NCBI GenBank assembly: GCA_034717975.1
Contig: JAYEMF010000018.1
Span: 1-23,131 of the forward strand
Length of the DNA: 23,131 nt
Direction of reading: 5' to 3'
From: Campylobacterota bacterium
GTDB taxonomy: Bacteria > Campylobacterota > Campylobacteria > Campylobacterales > Sulfurimonadaceae
The notes under the pieces are model-generated. The model was not told the origin of the DNA and ran no database searches. It saw only the letters and a program-made list of their open reading frames with translations. Within the stretch, counting starts at the first letter, position 1; every line of letters begins with the position of its first letter. The position numbers and the translations under genes are program-made. Positions 7,640 to 16,064 of the stretch are shown piece by piece.

Positions 7640-10045
7640 CTACTCCATCGTGAACTTGATGTTACGTTTGACAACGCTCATCAGATAATCCGGTGAATAT
7701 GGTTTGGTGATATACTCTACCATACCAGACTCAACCCCGCGCATTCTATCGGATTTGCCACTTCTTGATGTGACAGCGATCAATGGAAGATTTTTATATT
7801 TGTTATACTTTTTAATCTCGCCGGCAAGGGTATAACCATCCATTCGAGGCATCTCAATATCGATCAGCATCGCATCAAAATGGTGATCACCCTGCTTCAG
7901 AATATTTAACGCCTCCTGGCCATCCGAGGCTTCAATCAAGGTAATACCCATATCTTCAAGTGATTTACGCATGATAAGACGATCGGTTTTTGAATCATCC
8001 ACGATCATCACCTTATAGTCACTCGGTTGCGTCTTCTCGTGCAGTGCACCTTTACCCTCACTCGATGCACCGATAGTTGATTTGACACTTTTTGCCATCT
8101 GCATCAATGCTGCAACATCAACGATCAGTGTTACACCGCCATCACCACGGATGGTTGCACCGGCAATCCCTTCAATCCCGCTGATATATTCACCCAGCGA
8201 CTTGATAACGATCTCTTCTTGTCCAACCAGAGTATCGACAATCAGACCGATCTTACTCTCTGCAAGTCCAAGGACAACAACATAAGCGTATTCGCTCTCA
8301 TCAAACACACGTTCAACTTCAAAGATATCCCCGATATGCACCAGGGAGAGCACCTCTTCACGCAGACGCATAACCGACCGGCTCTCCACCGTATATATCT
8401 CTTCGGTAGAGATACGCACCGTCTCTAAAACCGAAGCAAGCGGAATAGCATAGTACTCTTCCTGCACACCGACAAGCAGTGCCTGGATGATAGCCAGCGT
8501 CAATGGGATCTTGAGCTTGATCGATGTCCCTTTGCCTATTTCTGAATCGATGTCGATAATACCGTTTAGTTTTTCAATATTGGTCTTGACAACGTCCATC
8601 CCGACACCACGGCCAGATACATTGGTAACCTGTGCTGCTGTAGAGAAGCCCGGTCTGAAGATCAGGGCAAATGCCTCTTTTTCACTTATTGTATCAGCCT
8701 CTTTTTCAGAGATGACGCCTTTGTCAAGTGCAATACCTTTGAGTATGTCTGTATCGAGTCCCTTACCGTCATCCGTAATCTGGATGACAATATGATTACC
8801 CTCATGGTAGGCCTTAAGCTGAACGATCCCTGTCTCAGATTTACCCGCGGCGATACGGTCTTCTGTCGACTCCACCCCATGGTCACATGAGTTACGAATG
8901 ATGTGAACCAGCGGATCTCCGATCTCTTCAACGATCGACTTGTCAAGTTCGGTATCTTCACCTGAGATCTCAAGTTCGATTTTTTTGCCAAGGTCACGTG
9001 AAAGGTCACGGATCATACGCGGAAATTTGTTAAAGACCTTTCCAACAGGCAGCATACGTGTTTTCATAACAGCGATCTGAAGATCTGTGGTCACCAGTGA
9101 GACAATTGAGACGACCTGGTTGAGCTCTTCAAGGAACTCTTCACCCTCATAGCGCTCTTCAACATCATCATTGATCTTGATCAGACGGTTTTTACCCAGA
9201 ACAAGTTCACCGATCAGGTTCATCAGGTGATCTAGCCGTTTGACATCGACACGGATCGTCTGCTCGACAGCAGCCGGTGCCCGTTTTTCAGGTGCAGCTT
9301 TCTTCTCGGCAGCCGGTTTTTTCTTACTTGGAGTCGTTACCGGTGCTGAAGCCGGTTTAGGTTCTGGCTTCGGTGCTGGCTCTGGTTCCGGCTCCGGTGC
9401 AGCCGGCTCCTCTTTCGGGGCAGGTTCAGGAGTCGGTTCAATTTTTGGCGCTTCCGGTACACTCTCCCCAGCCGCTATTTTTGCTTGGCGTTTTGCTTTG
9501 TCTGATGCCTGACGCTCAGCCAGAAGACGCTCGATCTCGTCTTCAACCTCCGCATCACTCATCGCGGCATAATCAGGCTCCTCTTCCTCCACCACCGGTT
9601 CTGGTTCTGCCACCGGCTCCGGTTCCGCTACTGCTTCGGCAGGAGCTTCACTGCTCTCTTCACCGCTGGCAGCAGCATCGAGGCGTTTGACACACTCTTC
9701 GACTTCGACACCCTGATCGGCGCCGGTATCTCGGATAGTAACGAGCAGTGTCTTCATCAGGTCGATCGATTCAAGGACAATATCCATGATATCAGGTGTG
9801 ATCTTCAGATCACCGTGACGGGCCAGATTCAAAATGTTTTCCATATGGTGCGTCAAGTGGGTCAGAACATCAAAATTCAGGAACGAACTCGCCCCTTTGA
9901 CCGTGTGGGCAACCCGGAAAATACGATTGAGCAGATCAAGGTCTTCCGGCGTAGATTCCAATTCAACCAGATCCTGATCAAGCTGTTCGATCAGTTCAAA
10001 CGATTCAACCAAAAAATCCTGTAATATTTCTTCAAATTCATCCAT
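7640..10045 (-). CDS. cheA: Hybrid chemotaxis kinase CheA with C-terminal receiver domain (CheAY)
   Basis: Hpt FRVAHTVKG, Pro/Glu/Ala linker, dimerisation TIRVDVKRLDHLMNLIGELV, HATPase HIIRNSCDHG / DDGKG / SGRGVGMDVV, CheW-like P5, REC with VDDS and DIEMPRMDG. Confidence 0.97.
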   Translation of the reverse strand: MDEFEEILQDFLVESFELIEQLDQDLVELESTPEDLDLLNRIFRVAHTVKGASSFLNFDVLTHLTHHMENILNLARHGDLKITPDIMDIVLESIDLMKTLLVTIRDTGADQGVEVEECVKRLDAAASGEESSEAPAEAVAEPEPVAEPEPVVEEEEPDYAAMSDAEVEDEIERLLAERQASDKAKRQAKIAAGESVPEAPKIEPTPEPAPKEEPAAPEPEPEPAPKPEPKPASAPVTTPSKKKPAAEKKAAPEKRAPAAVEQTIRVDVKRLDHLMNLIGELVLGKNRLIKINDDVEERYEGEEFLEELNQVVSIVSLVTTDLQIAVMKTRMLPVGKVFNKFPRMIRDLSRDLGKKIELEISGEDTELDKSIVEEIGDPLVHIIRNSCDHGVESTEDRIAAGKSETGIVQLKAYHEGNHIVIQITDDGKGLDTDILKGIALDKGVISEKEADTISEKEAFALIFRPGFSTAAQVTNVSGRGVGMDVVKTNIEKLNGIIDIDSEIGKGTSIKLKIPLTLAIIQALLVGVQEEYYAIPLASVLETVRISTEEIYTVESRSVMRLREEVLSLVHIGDIFEVERVFDESEYAYVVVLGLAESKIGLIVDTLVGQEEIVIKSLGEYISGIEGIAGATIRGDGGVTLIVDVAALMQMAKSVKSTIGASSEGKGALHEKTQPSDYKVMIVDDSKTDRLIMRKSLEDMGITLIEASDGQEALNILKQGDHHFDAMLIDIEMPRMDGYTLAGEIKKYNKYKNLPLIAVTSRSGKSDRMRGVESGMVEYITKPYSPDYLMSVVKRNIKFTME

Positions 10046-10057
10046 ATTCTTAAACCC

Positions 10058-10999
10058 CTACTGGATATTCGCACGTACAACGCGTGCGACTTCATCATAA
10101 AATGTGTTCGAATCAAATTTAACAAGGTAAGCTTCCCCGCCTGCCTCTTTCCCCCGGTTTTCACTGAAGTGATCACTGATCGATGAGTTAAAGACAATCG
10201 GAATATTGCCAAACCGTCCATCACTCTTCACATTGGCTGCAAAGTGAAAACCATCCATCAACGGCATCTCTACATCAGAAACAATCAGTTTAAGATGCTC
10301 ACTGATCTGATCACTGTACATATCATACAGCTCATCAAGTTTGCTCAGTCCTTCTTGACCGTCATTGGCTTCAACAACCTGAAAGCCCATCTTTTCCAGT
10401 GCATCTTTTACAATTTTACGCGCGGTATGGCTATCGTCAAGCAGCAGTACCAAACCACTGAAACTTCCAAGTTCATGCGGGATATCTCCCTCATCCGGGC
10501 TATAAAGACCTAAGTCCTGTACCACCGTTTCAAGGTCCAGGATCAATAACACAGAATCATCTTCAATACGTGTTACCCCGGTGATCTTGCTCTTGTCGAG
10601 TGCACCGCCACCTGCCGCAAAGGAGGCCGGTTCAATATCTTTCCAGTTAATCCGTCGGATTCGCTTAGCCTCATGCACGATAAAGCCGATCAGGATATTG
10701 TTGAACTCGGTAATGATCACCCGTGCATTTTTATCGGCCTCTTCCGGTGACTCTACCCCCATCCATTTTGCCAGGTTTACAACAGGAATGACCACCCCAC
10801 GAAGGTCAAAAATCCCCTCTATATATTCCGGTGTTCCCGGCAGTTCTGTCAATTTCGGTACACGAATAATCTCACGCACTTTTGAAACATTGACCCCGTA
10901 TATGCCTTCATAGACACTTTCACCCTCATATTTGAGGATACGGAAATCAACCAGTTCCATCTCATTGGAACCGACTTTCAGGGCACTGCTGTCATTCAT
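10058..10999 (-). CDS. cheV: Chemotaxis protein CheV (CheW + REC)
   Basis: GSNEMELVDFRI, YGVNVSKVREII, DLRGVVIPVVNL; REC domain LLDDS...SDVEMPLMDG. Confidence 0.95.
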   Translation of the reverse strand: MNDSSALKVGSNEMELVDFRILKYEGESVYEGIYGVNVSKVREIIRVPKLTELPGTPEYIEGIFDLRGVVIPVVNLAKWMGVESPEEADKNARVIITEFNNILIGFIVHEAKRIRRINWKDIEPASFAAGGGALDKSKITGVTRIEDDSVLLILDLETVVQDLGLYSPDEGDIPHELGSFSGLVLLLDDSHTARKIVKDALEKMGFQVVEANDGQEGLSKLDELYDMYSDQISEHLKLIVSDVEMPLMDGFHFAANVKSDGRFGNIPIVFNSSISDHFSENRGKEAGGEAYLVKFDSNTFYDEVARVVRANIQ

Positions 11000-11001
11000 C
11001 C

Positions 11002-11745
11002 CTACTCCTTCCCAAAAACAACCTCTTTCAATAGAGGTTCATTATGTAGGGATTTTAACTCAAAATATCTTTGATTGCACGCAAAAGCGGCCAGATTGAT
11101 ATAGGTAGTTGCACCGACTTTGAAATGTCGGTTCTGGTGATAATGCCCCTCAATGAAATAATCAATCCCATCCAGATCAACACCCTCCAGATGACGGGTG
11201 ATATAGGATTCAAATCCGGTAAAATCGTTACAGTCCTCTTTTTTTGAATTATGCACATCGACCCAATTACTAATACTGTGTCCGCTAAACTGATCAAACC
11301 AGCGAAGGACCCATAAAATCGATCTGTTTCGTATCAGCGCTGTATAGATACGATACCCGGCAGGACCATTGAAATCACCATGGGCCAACATCACTTCGGC
11401 ACCTTGATAGCTGCATCTGACCGGTTGCTGTCCGATTGGGAAGATAGTTATATTGTCAAAGATAGAGGCCAGCTGGAAGTCATGATTGCCTTCAAGGTAG
11501 ACAACCTCCATCTGCGAAGCGATCTGACGAATTGTTGCCACGGCTTCCTCATTGCATTTAATGGAATAGGGAACGCCTCCGAGAAGCTGATCGAACATAT
11601 CACCCATCAGGATCAGTTGAGTGGTTTCAACTGTTCCGGTGGCAATGGCTTTTAAGAAATTCAGGAGTTCGGGGCGCTGATGTGAGTAGTGAGCATCCCC
11701 GATAAAAATAGCGCCTTCTTGAAGAGTAAAATAGTTATGGGACAT
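11002..11745 (-). CDS. lpxH: UDP-2,3-diacylglucosamine diphosphatase (LpxH-like metallophosphoesterase)
   Basis: Calcineurin-like motifs GDAH, MGDMFD, LEGNHDF, AHGD, EGHYH. Its position just upstream of cheV matches the Campylobacterota arrangement. Confidence 0.8.
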   Translation of the reverse strand: MSHNYFTLQEGAIFIGDAHYSHQRPELLNFLKAIATGTVETTQLILMGDMFDQLLGGVPYSIKCNEEAVATIRQIASQMEVVYLEGNHDFQLASIFDNITIFPIGQQPVRCSYQGAEVMLAHGDFNGPAGYRIYTALIRNRSILWVLRWFDQFSGHSISNWVDVHNSKKEDCNDFTGFESYITRHLEGVDLDGIDYFIEGHYHQNRHFKVGATTYINLAAFACNQRYFELKSLHNEPLLKEVVFGKE

Positions 11746-12745
11746 AGGCGATCAGCGGCAATCCGGCCGCTTCATCCAACCCCATCATCAGGTTGGCATT
11801 TGCCACAGCCTGTGAACTGGCTCCCCGAAGCAGATTGTCGATCGCCGAGGTGATAAAGAGCATATCTCCCTTTCGCTTGGCATAAATATCGCAGAAGTTT
11901 GTCCCCGCAACACTCTTCATATCTGAGGGCTGGGTACGGATACGGACAAACGGTTCACCTTTGTAATACGCTTGAAGAAGCGTGATCGGATCAAAATCAC
12001 CCTCCACCTGCATATAGACAGATGAGAGCATTCCGCGTGTCACAGGTAAAAGATGGGGTACAAAACTGACCTCTTCCTCTTCAACATTCAGCTTTTCGGC
12101 AATCTCGGGTCCATGTCGGTGGCCTAGAGGATTGTAGGCAAAAGCATTCTCATTGATACTTACATAGTGAGTATTATGGCTGCATTTCTTTCCTGCACCG
12201 CTCACACCGCTTTTGGCATCGACAATAAGCGGTGTGCCAGCAACACGATACTCCATAAACGGCAGTGCCCCAAGGATCGTGGCCGTCGGATAGCAGCCTG
12301 GATTGGCTACCAGATCGGCCGACATAATCGCACCACGGTTAAGTTCCGGCAATCCATAGACGGCATGCTCAAGATTGACCGGGTCAATATGCGGAACATA
12401 GTGCGCTTCGTAGGTCATACGTTTAAGACGATAGTCAGCCGAGAGGTCAACCACTTTAACGCTCTCTTTGATCAGTGCTTTAACAAACTCCATCGCCGTT
12501 TTATGAGGAAGTGCCAGGAAAGCGAGTTTGCATGACGCGGCCACAGCTTTTGGATCTGCTTTTTCTACATCGGCTTCAATGATCCCCTCAAGCGAAGGGT
12601 GTAACTGAGTAAGCGATATATCCCCTTCGCTTGTTGCGACATAAGCGATCTCGAATGCAGGGTGCTGGGAGAGCATTTTGATCAGTTCAAGTCCGGTATA
12701 ACCGCTGGCACCAATAATGGCAACGGGGATTTTAGTGTGTTTCAA
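11735..12745 (-). CDS. argC: N-acetyl-gamma-glutamyl-phosphate reductase
   Basis: IIGASGYTG, VVDLSADYR, VYGLPE, ANPGCYPT, DAKSGVSGAG, IDNLLRGASSQAV. TTG start with AGGAG 7 nt upstream. Confidence 0.97.
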   Translation of the reverse strand: MKHTKIPVAIIGASGYTGLELIKMLSQHPAFEIAYVATSEGDISLTQLHPSLEGIIEADVEKADPKAVAASCKLAFLALPHKTAMEFVKALIKESVKVVDLSADYRLKRMTYEAHYVPHIDPVNLEHAVYGLPELNRGAIMSADLVANPGCYPTATILGALPFMEYRVAGTPLIVDAKSGVSGAGKKCSHNTHYVSINENAFAYNPLGHRHGPEIAEKLNVEEEEVSFVPHLLPVTRGMLSSVYMQVEGDFDPITLLQAYYKGEPFVRIRTQPSDMKSVAGTNFCDIYAKRKGDMLFITSAIDNLLRGASSQAVANANLMMGLDEAAGLPLIAYVP

Positions 12746-13229
12746 ACACGATCTCCTGATATTTCACTTCAAGTACTTCAAACTCGCGTTCACCGCCCGG
12801 AAAGCGTGCTTTGAACTCATCGCCCTCCTCTTTTCCCAGCAGCTGTTTGGCCAAAGGAGAGCCAAAGGAGATCAGCCCCATATCCGGATTGCTCTCAATA
12901 CCGCCAACAATCGTATAGGTCAGTTCATCATCATTGTCAAGGTCGCATACGACAACCGTCGAACCGAAACAGACACGGCTGTGCTGCAGTTCAGCCGGAT
13001 CAACGATCTGTGCACATCCAAGCAGATCGCTGAGTTCATTCAAACGGTCGTCGATCTGTCCCTGACGCTCTTTGGCCGCATGGTATTCGGCATTCTCTTT
13101 AAGATCGCCCAGCTCAACCGCCTCTTCAATCGCTTTAACGATTTTCGGGCGTTCAACAGTTTTCAAATAGTTTAGTTCAGACGAAAGCTTCTCAAAGCCG
13201 AATTTCGTCATTGGTTCGGATTGCTGCAA
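12732..13229 (-). CDS. greA: Transcription elongation factor GreA
   Basis: GDLKENAEYHAAKE, FGSTV, YTIVG, ISFGSPLAKQLLGK. Start reassigned to TTG at 13229 (MQQSEPMT...) with GGAG 6 nt upstream, giving 165 aa. Confidence 0.95.
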   Translation of the reverse strand: MQQSEPMTKFGFEKLSSELNYLKTVERPKIVKAIEEAVELGDLKENAEYHAAKERQGQIDDRLNELSDLLGCAQIVDPAELQHSRVCFGSTVVVCDLDNDDELTYTIVGGIESNPDMGLISFGSPLAKQLLGKEEGDEFKARFPGGEREFEVLEVKYQEIVFETH

Positions 13230-13257
13230 AAAAATCTCCATATCATTTAATTTATAC

Positions 13258-13324
13258 GCAACTTGAACAAAGTCCAAGCAGCTACGCTGGCCGCTGTGGC
13301 ACTGAAGCCAGCCTCTTACGAGGC
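13258..13324 (-). promoter_or_regulatory. GC-rich structured 5' leader of the greA operon (candidate cis-regulatory RNA)
   Basis: Consecutive hairpins on the minus strand: GCCUC-GUAA-GAGGC (GNRA loop), UGGC-UUCAGU-GCCA and GCUGCUUGGAC-UUU-GUUCAAGUUGC, all within an AT-rich intergenic region. Confidence 0.5.
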
Positions 13325-13344
13325 AGAAATTTATAAATTTAAGT

Positions 13345-13353
13345 ATTATACCA
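13345..13353 (-). promoter_or_regulatory. Extended -10 housekeeping-sigma promoter for greA
   Basis: TGgTATAAT on the minus strand, the TGnTATAAT motif typical of Campylobacterota RpoD promoters. Confidence 0.7.
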
Positions 13354-13359
13354 AAGAAG

Positions 13360-13998
13360 TTACTTCTGTATGATTTTCATCACAGCCTGCGAACACATAG
13401 TCAGTCCAAAGGCTGCCGTAACACCCATGAAACTCCCCTTCTCTTTGGTCCGGGCCGGTTCGGAGCTGAAGATCACCGGATATTTTTTACTGAAACGACG
13501 CTTCTTCAGTTCATAGCGAATCTTTGCCCCGAAACGGTCGCCATGCGTCTTCCAGATTGTCGCGACTTCGATTTTCGTAGGGTCAAGCCGTTTGGCAGAA
13601 CCGACCGCAGAGATCAGTTTGCTGTAGCACTTCTGTGCCAGTGCCAGTTTGGCGTGGATATCATCGATGGCATCGAGGATGAGATCGTAAGGTTCGAAAT
13701 CAAAGTTCTCTATCCACTCCGCATCAATTTTCTGCTCGATTGCCGTGATGGTCGGATAGTGCTCTTTGAGTGAGAGGACCTTGGATTGATGCGGATGGAG
13801 TTCCGACCACATCTGGCGGTTCTGGTTGCTCTCGTCAAAAGTGTCGAAATCGACAATGGTAATCTGCTCGACACCGGAACGGATCAGGCAGTCCAGACAG
13901 AAGCTGCCGACACCGCCGACACCAAGCAGCAGGACCCTGGCCCCTTGCAGTGCAGCAAAGTCATCGCCAAAAAGCATACGGGAGCGTTCATGCCTCAC
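13360..13998 (-). CDS. tcdA: ThiF/MoeB-family protein, probable tRNA threonylcarbamoyladenosine dehydratase
   Basis: GVGGVGS, VDFDTFDESNQNRQ, DAIDD, GSAKRLDPTKI, FSSE, GSFMGVTAAFG. GTG at 13998 overlaps the surE stop (GTGA); GTG at 14004 is an alternative start. Confidence 0.82.
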   Translation of the reverse strand: MRHERSRMLFGDDFAALQGARVLLLGVGGVGSFCLDCLIRSGVEQITIVDFDTFDESNQNRQMWSELHPHQSKVLSLKEHYPTITAIEQKIDAEWIENFDFEPYDLILDAIDDIHAKLALAQKCYSKLISAVGSAKRLDPTKIEVATIWKTHGDRFGAKIRYELKKRRFSKKYPVIFSSEPARTKEKGSFMGVTAAFGLTMCSQAVMKIIQK

Positions 13999-14762
13999 AG
14001 CCACTGCTCCAAGCGTTCCAATGTATGATACGCACTCAAATCAAGGTGAATCGGCGTAATGGAGACACACCCCTGCTCTATCGCCTCAAAATCACACATA
14101 TGCGCTCTGCTCTCACGCGGTTTGAACTCCAGAGGGTGAAGTCCCAGCCAGTAGTACTCTTCGGCTCTCGGGTTACGGTGCAGATGCGCATCATTGCCAT
14201 AATGGCGGTAGCCCGCATAGGTCACTTTGAGTTCGGCTTCCTGGCATTCAGGCGGAATGTTTATATTTAAAAACTCCCTGTGAGGCAGAGGGAACTCACC
14301 CTCAAAAATCTTCTCGACAATGGTACGAATCGTCTTCTTTGCCAGCGTATAGTCATGTTTTGCCAGAGAAAAATCGACCACCTGTGAAATGGCAATAGCA
14401 GGGACTCCATGCAAAACCCCCTCCATTGCACCGGCAGCGGTTCCCGAGTAGGTGATATCCTCACCCATATTTGAACCGCGATTGATCCCGCTGATCACGA
14501 GATCCGGTTTCTCTTCGTCAAACATGGAGTGCAAAGCCAGATAGATACAATCGGTCGGTGTACCATCATCGAGTTTATAAAAATCGTCATCCACCCCAAT
14601 AAACCGCAGCGGTCTTGTCAGTGTCAGCGAGTGTCCGCATGCCGATTTCTCCGTTGCCGGTGCGACAACCGTCAACTGGGCAATATCTTTCAGCGCGTCG
14701 ATCAGGCTCAACAGCCCCTCTGCTTCATAACCATCATCATTTGTAATCAATATTCGTTTCAT
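13995..14762 (-). CDS. surE: 5'/3'-nucleotidase SurE
   Basis: ILITNDDG, VVAP..EKSACGHSLT, GTPTDC, SGINRGSN, YSGTAAGAMEG, SITPI. ATG at 14762. Confidence 0.97.
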   Translation of the reverse strand: MKRILITNDDGYEAEGLLSLIDALKDIAQLTVVAPATEKSACGHSLTLTRPLRFIGVDDDFYKLDDGTPTDCIYLALHSMFDEEKPDLVISGINRGSNMGEDITYSGTAAGAMEGVLHGVPAIAISQVVDFSLAKHDYTLAKKTIRTIVEKIFEGEFPLPHREFLNINIPPECQEAELKVTYAGYRHYGNDAHLHRNPRAEEYYWLGLHPLEFKPRESRAHMCDFEAIEQGCVSITPIHLDLSAYHTLERLEQWL

Positions 14763-14797
14763 CAATGCATCTTTGTCAAGTGAGTTAATTATGACGA

Positions 14798-14806
14798 ATT
14801 TTATCA
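14798..14806 (-). promoter_or_regulatory. Extended -10 promoter for surE-tcdA
   Basis: TGaTAAAAT on the minus strand, ~35 nt upstream of the surE start. Confidence 0.5.
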
Positions 14807-14823
14807 GAAGGAGACTGCATAAA

Positions 14824-14832
14824 TGGTATAAA
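14824..14832 (+). promoter_or_regulatory. Candidate extended -10 promoter for the chemoreceptor gene
   Basis: TGgTATAAA followed by AGGA and then ATG at 14850; back-to-back with the surE promoter. Confidence 0.4.
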
Positions 14833-14849
14833 AGATGCTAGGAACAGTT

Positions 14850-16031
14850 ATGCGCATACTTTATGGACTCATATCATTTAGCTTATTGGCCCTGGTTGCC
14901 CTGTTGGTCACTATCAGCCTGACAGCTGAAAACAGTACCGATGTAGCTCTCGATCGCACAGCAGTTAAGCAGTTTGAGGCACACTACGACACCCTCAAGA
15001 GAATGGGTGACGCAACCGACCTCTCCCCGGAAGAGCGTATCACCCTCTTCTATCTCACCCAATCCACCCATGAGAAGATCGCATCGGCACTGGCCATCGA
15101 TCCCAATGCCGCAGCACAGCTTCATAATTTAACACAAGTCACCTCGGCAAAAATCGCCGGCATGATCGAATCGCAGCAGAAGCTATCTCCTTCGCTCACG
15201 CGTCTTCAAAGCGAGTACCAGCAGATGAGTCAGATCGGGATGGAACTGCTTGAGCAGAAACGAGCATCCCAACCATCGACACGCCCTTTTAACAACACAC
15301 TTCTCCAGACAGTTGTCGTACTTTTGATTATCATAACAGCTCTGATGCTATGGAAGGTTATTGTCATCCGGCGTCAGGAGAAAGAGAGACGGGGCGCTCT
15401 GCTTTCCGAAATAGAAGTTCCACTTGACTCTCCAACTCCGGAAAAAGCGATCATTGAGAAGTTCGCCACAGCAGAGAATAACGCTGAAGAGTTTCGCCAT
15501 CAAACAGAAAATGAACTCGTTCAACTTCGCTCACAGCTTAATGAGGCTAAAGAAGCAGTGAGCAGAACCAGTCAACAGACAGAGGCACTCTCACAAAATC
15601 TGGAAAACGAGCAGGCGGACAGAGCGTGGGCAACGGAAGAGAATCGTCAGTTGAAAGAAACACTCGGAATAAAAGAGGAGATGATCAAAACGCTTGAGCA
15701 AGCGCGTGATGATGCCATCGCCCAGCAGGACAACCATCAGGTCGACACGGATGCCCTGGCCGAGATGATCATGCAACTGAGCAGCGAACTTGATAATGTA
15801 TCGAGCGCAGTCAATCTTATCAACGAGATTGCCGACCAGACATCACTGCTGGCTCTCAACGCCGCCATTGAAGCGGCTCGTGCCGGTGAACATGGACGGG
15901 GATTTGCCGTTGTTGCCGATGAAGTGAGAAAACTGGCTGAACGTACTCAAAACAACCTGCAGCAGATCAAGACCACAACGTCAATCATCAATCAGACAAC
16001 TGCCGACTTTGAAGCTTTAATCCAACAGTAA
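14850..16031 (+). CDS. Methyl-accepting chemotaxis protein-like receptor with truncated signalling hairpin
   Basis: Two TM helices flank a ~120-aa periplasmic region, followed by a cytoplasmic coiled coil and the MCP tip [43 protein letters not shown]. Start set at ATG 14850 (AGGA upstream); 14835 is an alternative. Confidence 0.9.
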   Translation: MRILYGLISFSLLALVALLVTISLTAENSTDVALDRTAVKQFEAHYDTLKRMGDATDLSPEERITLFYLTQSTHEKIASALAIDPNAAAQLHNLTQVTSAKIAGMIESQQKLSPSLTRLQSEYQQMSQIGMELLEQKRASQPSTRPFNNTLLQTVVVLLIIITALMLWKVIVIRRQEKERRGALLSEIEVPLDSPTPEKAIIEKFATAENNAEEFRHQTENELVQLRSQLNEAKEAVSRTSQQTEALSQNLENEQADRAWATEENRQLKETLGIKEEMIKTLEQARDDAIAQQDNHQVDTDALAEMIMQLSSELDNVSSAVNLINEIADQTSLLALNAAIEAARAGEHGRGFAVVADEVRKLAERTQNNLQQIKTTTSIINQTTADFEALIQQ

Positions 16032-16064
16032 TCTTTAAAGGGCATCTCTAAAACCAATAGCCTT

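Noticed and set aside
7636..7674. Longer cheW start overlapping cheA
   Set aside because: ATG at 7635 has an SD and gives the expected CheW N-terminus.
9350..9640. GGTTCC/GGCTCC-type repeats in cheA as a CRISPR array or VNTR
   Set aside because: They are degenerate codons of the Pro/Glu linker, with no repeat-spacer structure.
13230..13277. N-terminal extension of greA in the ORF track (MDFVQVAY...)
   Set aside because: A TTG at 13229 with a well-spaced GGAG gives a normal-length GreA, and the extension overlaps the leader hairpin.
13258..13324. Leader read as SRP RNA, tRNA or guanidine-II riboswitch
   Set aside because: No SRP domain IV motif, no cloverleaf or TTC loop, and no paired ACGR tetraloops.
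16032..16064. Terminator between the convergent MCP and DGC genes
   Set aside because: Only a weak AAGGGC/GCCTT pairing with a long loop; not supportable.
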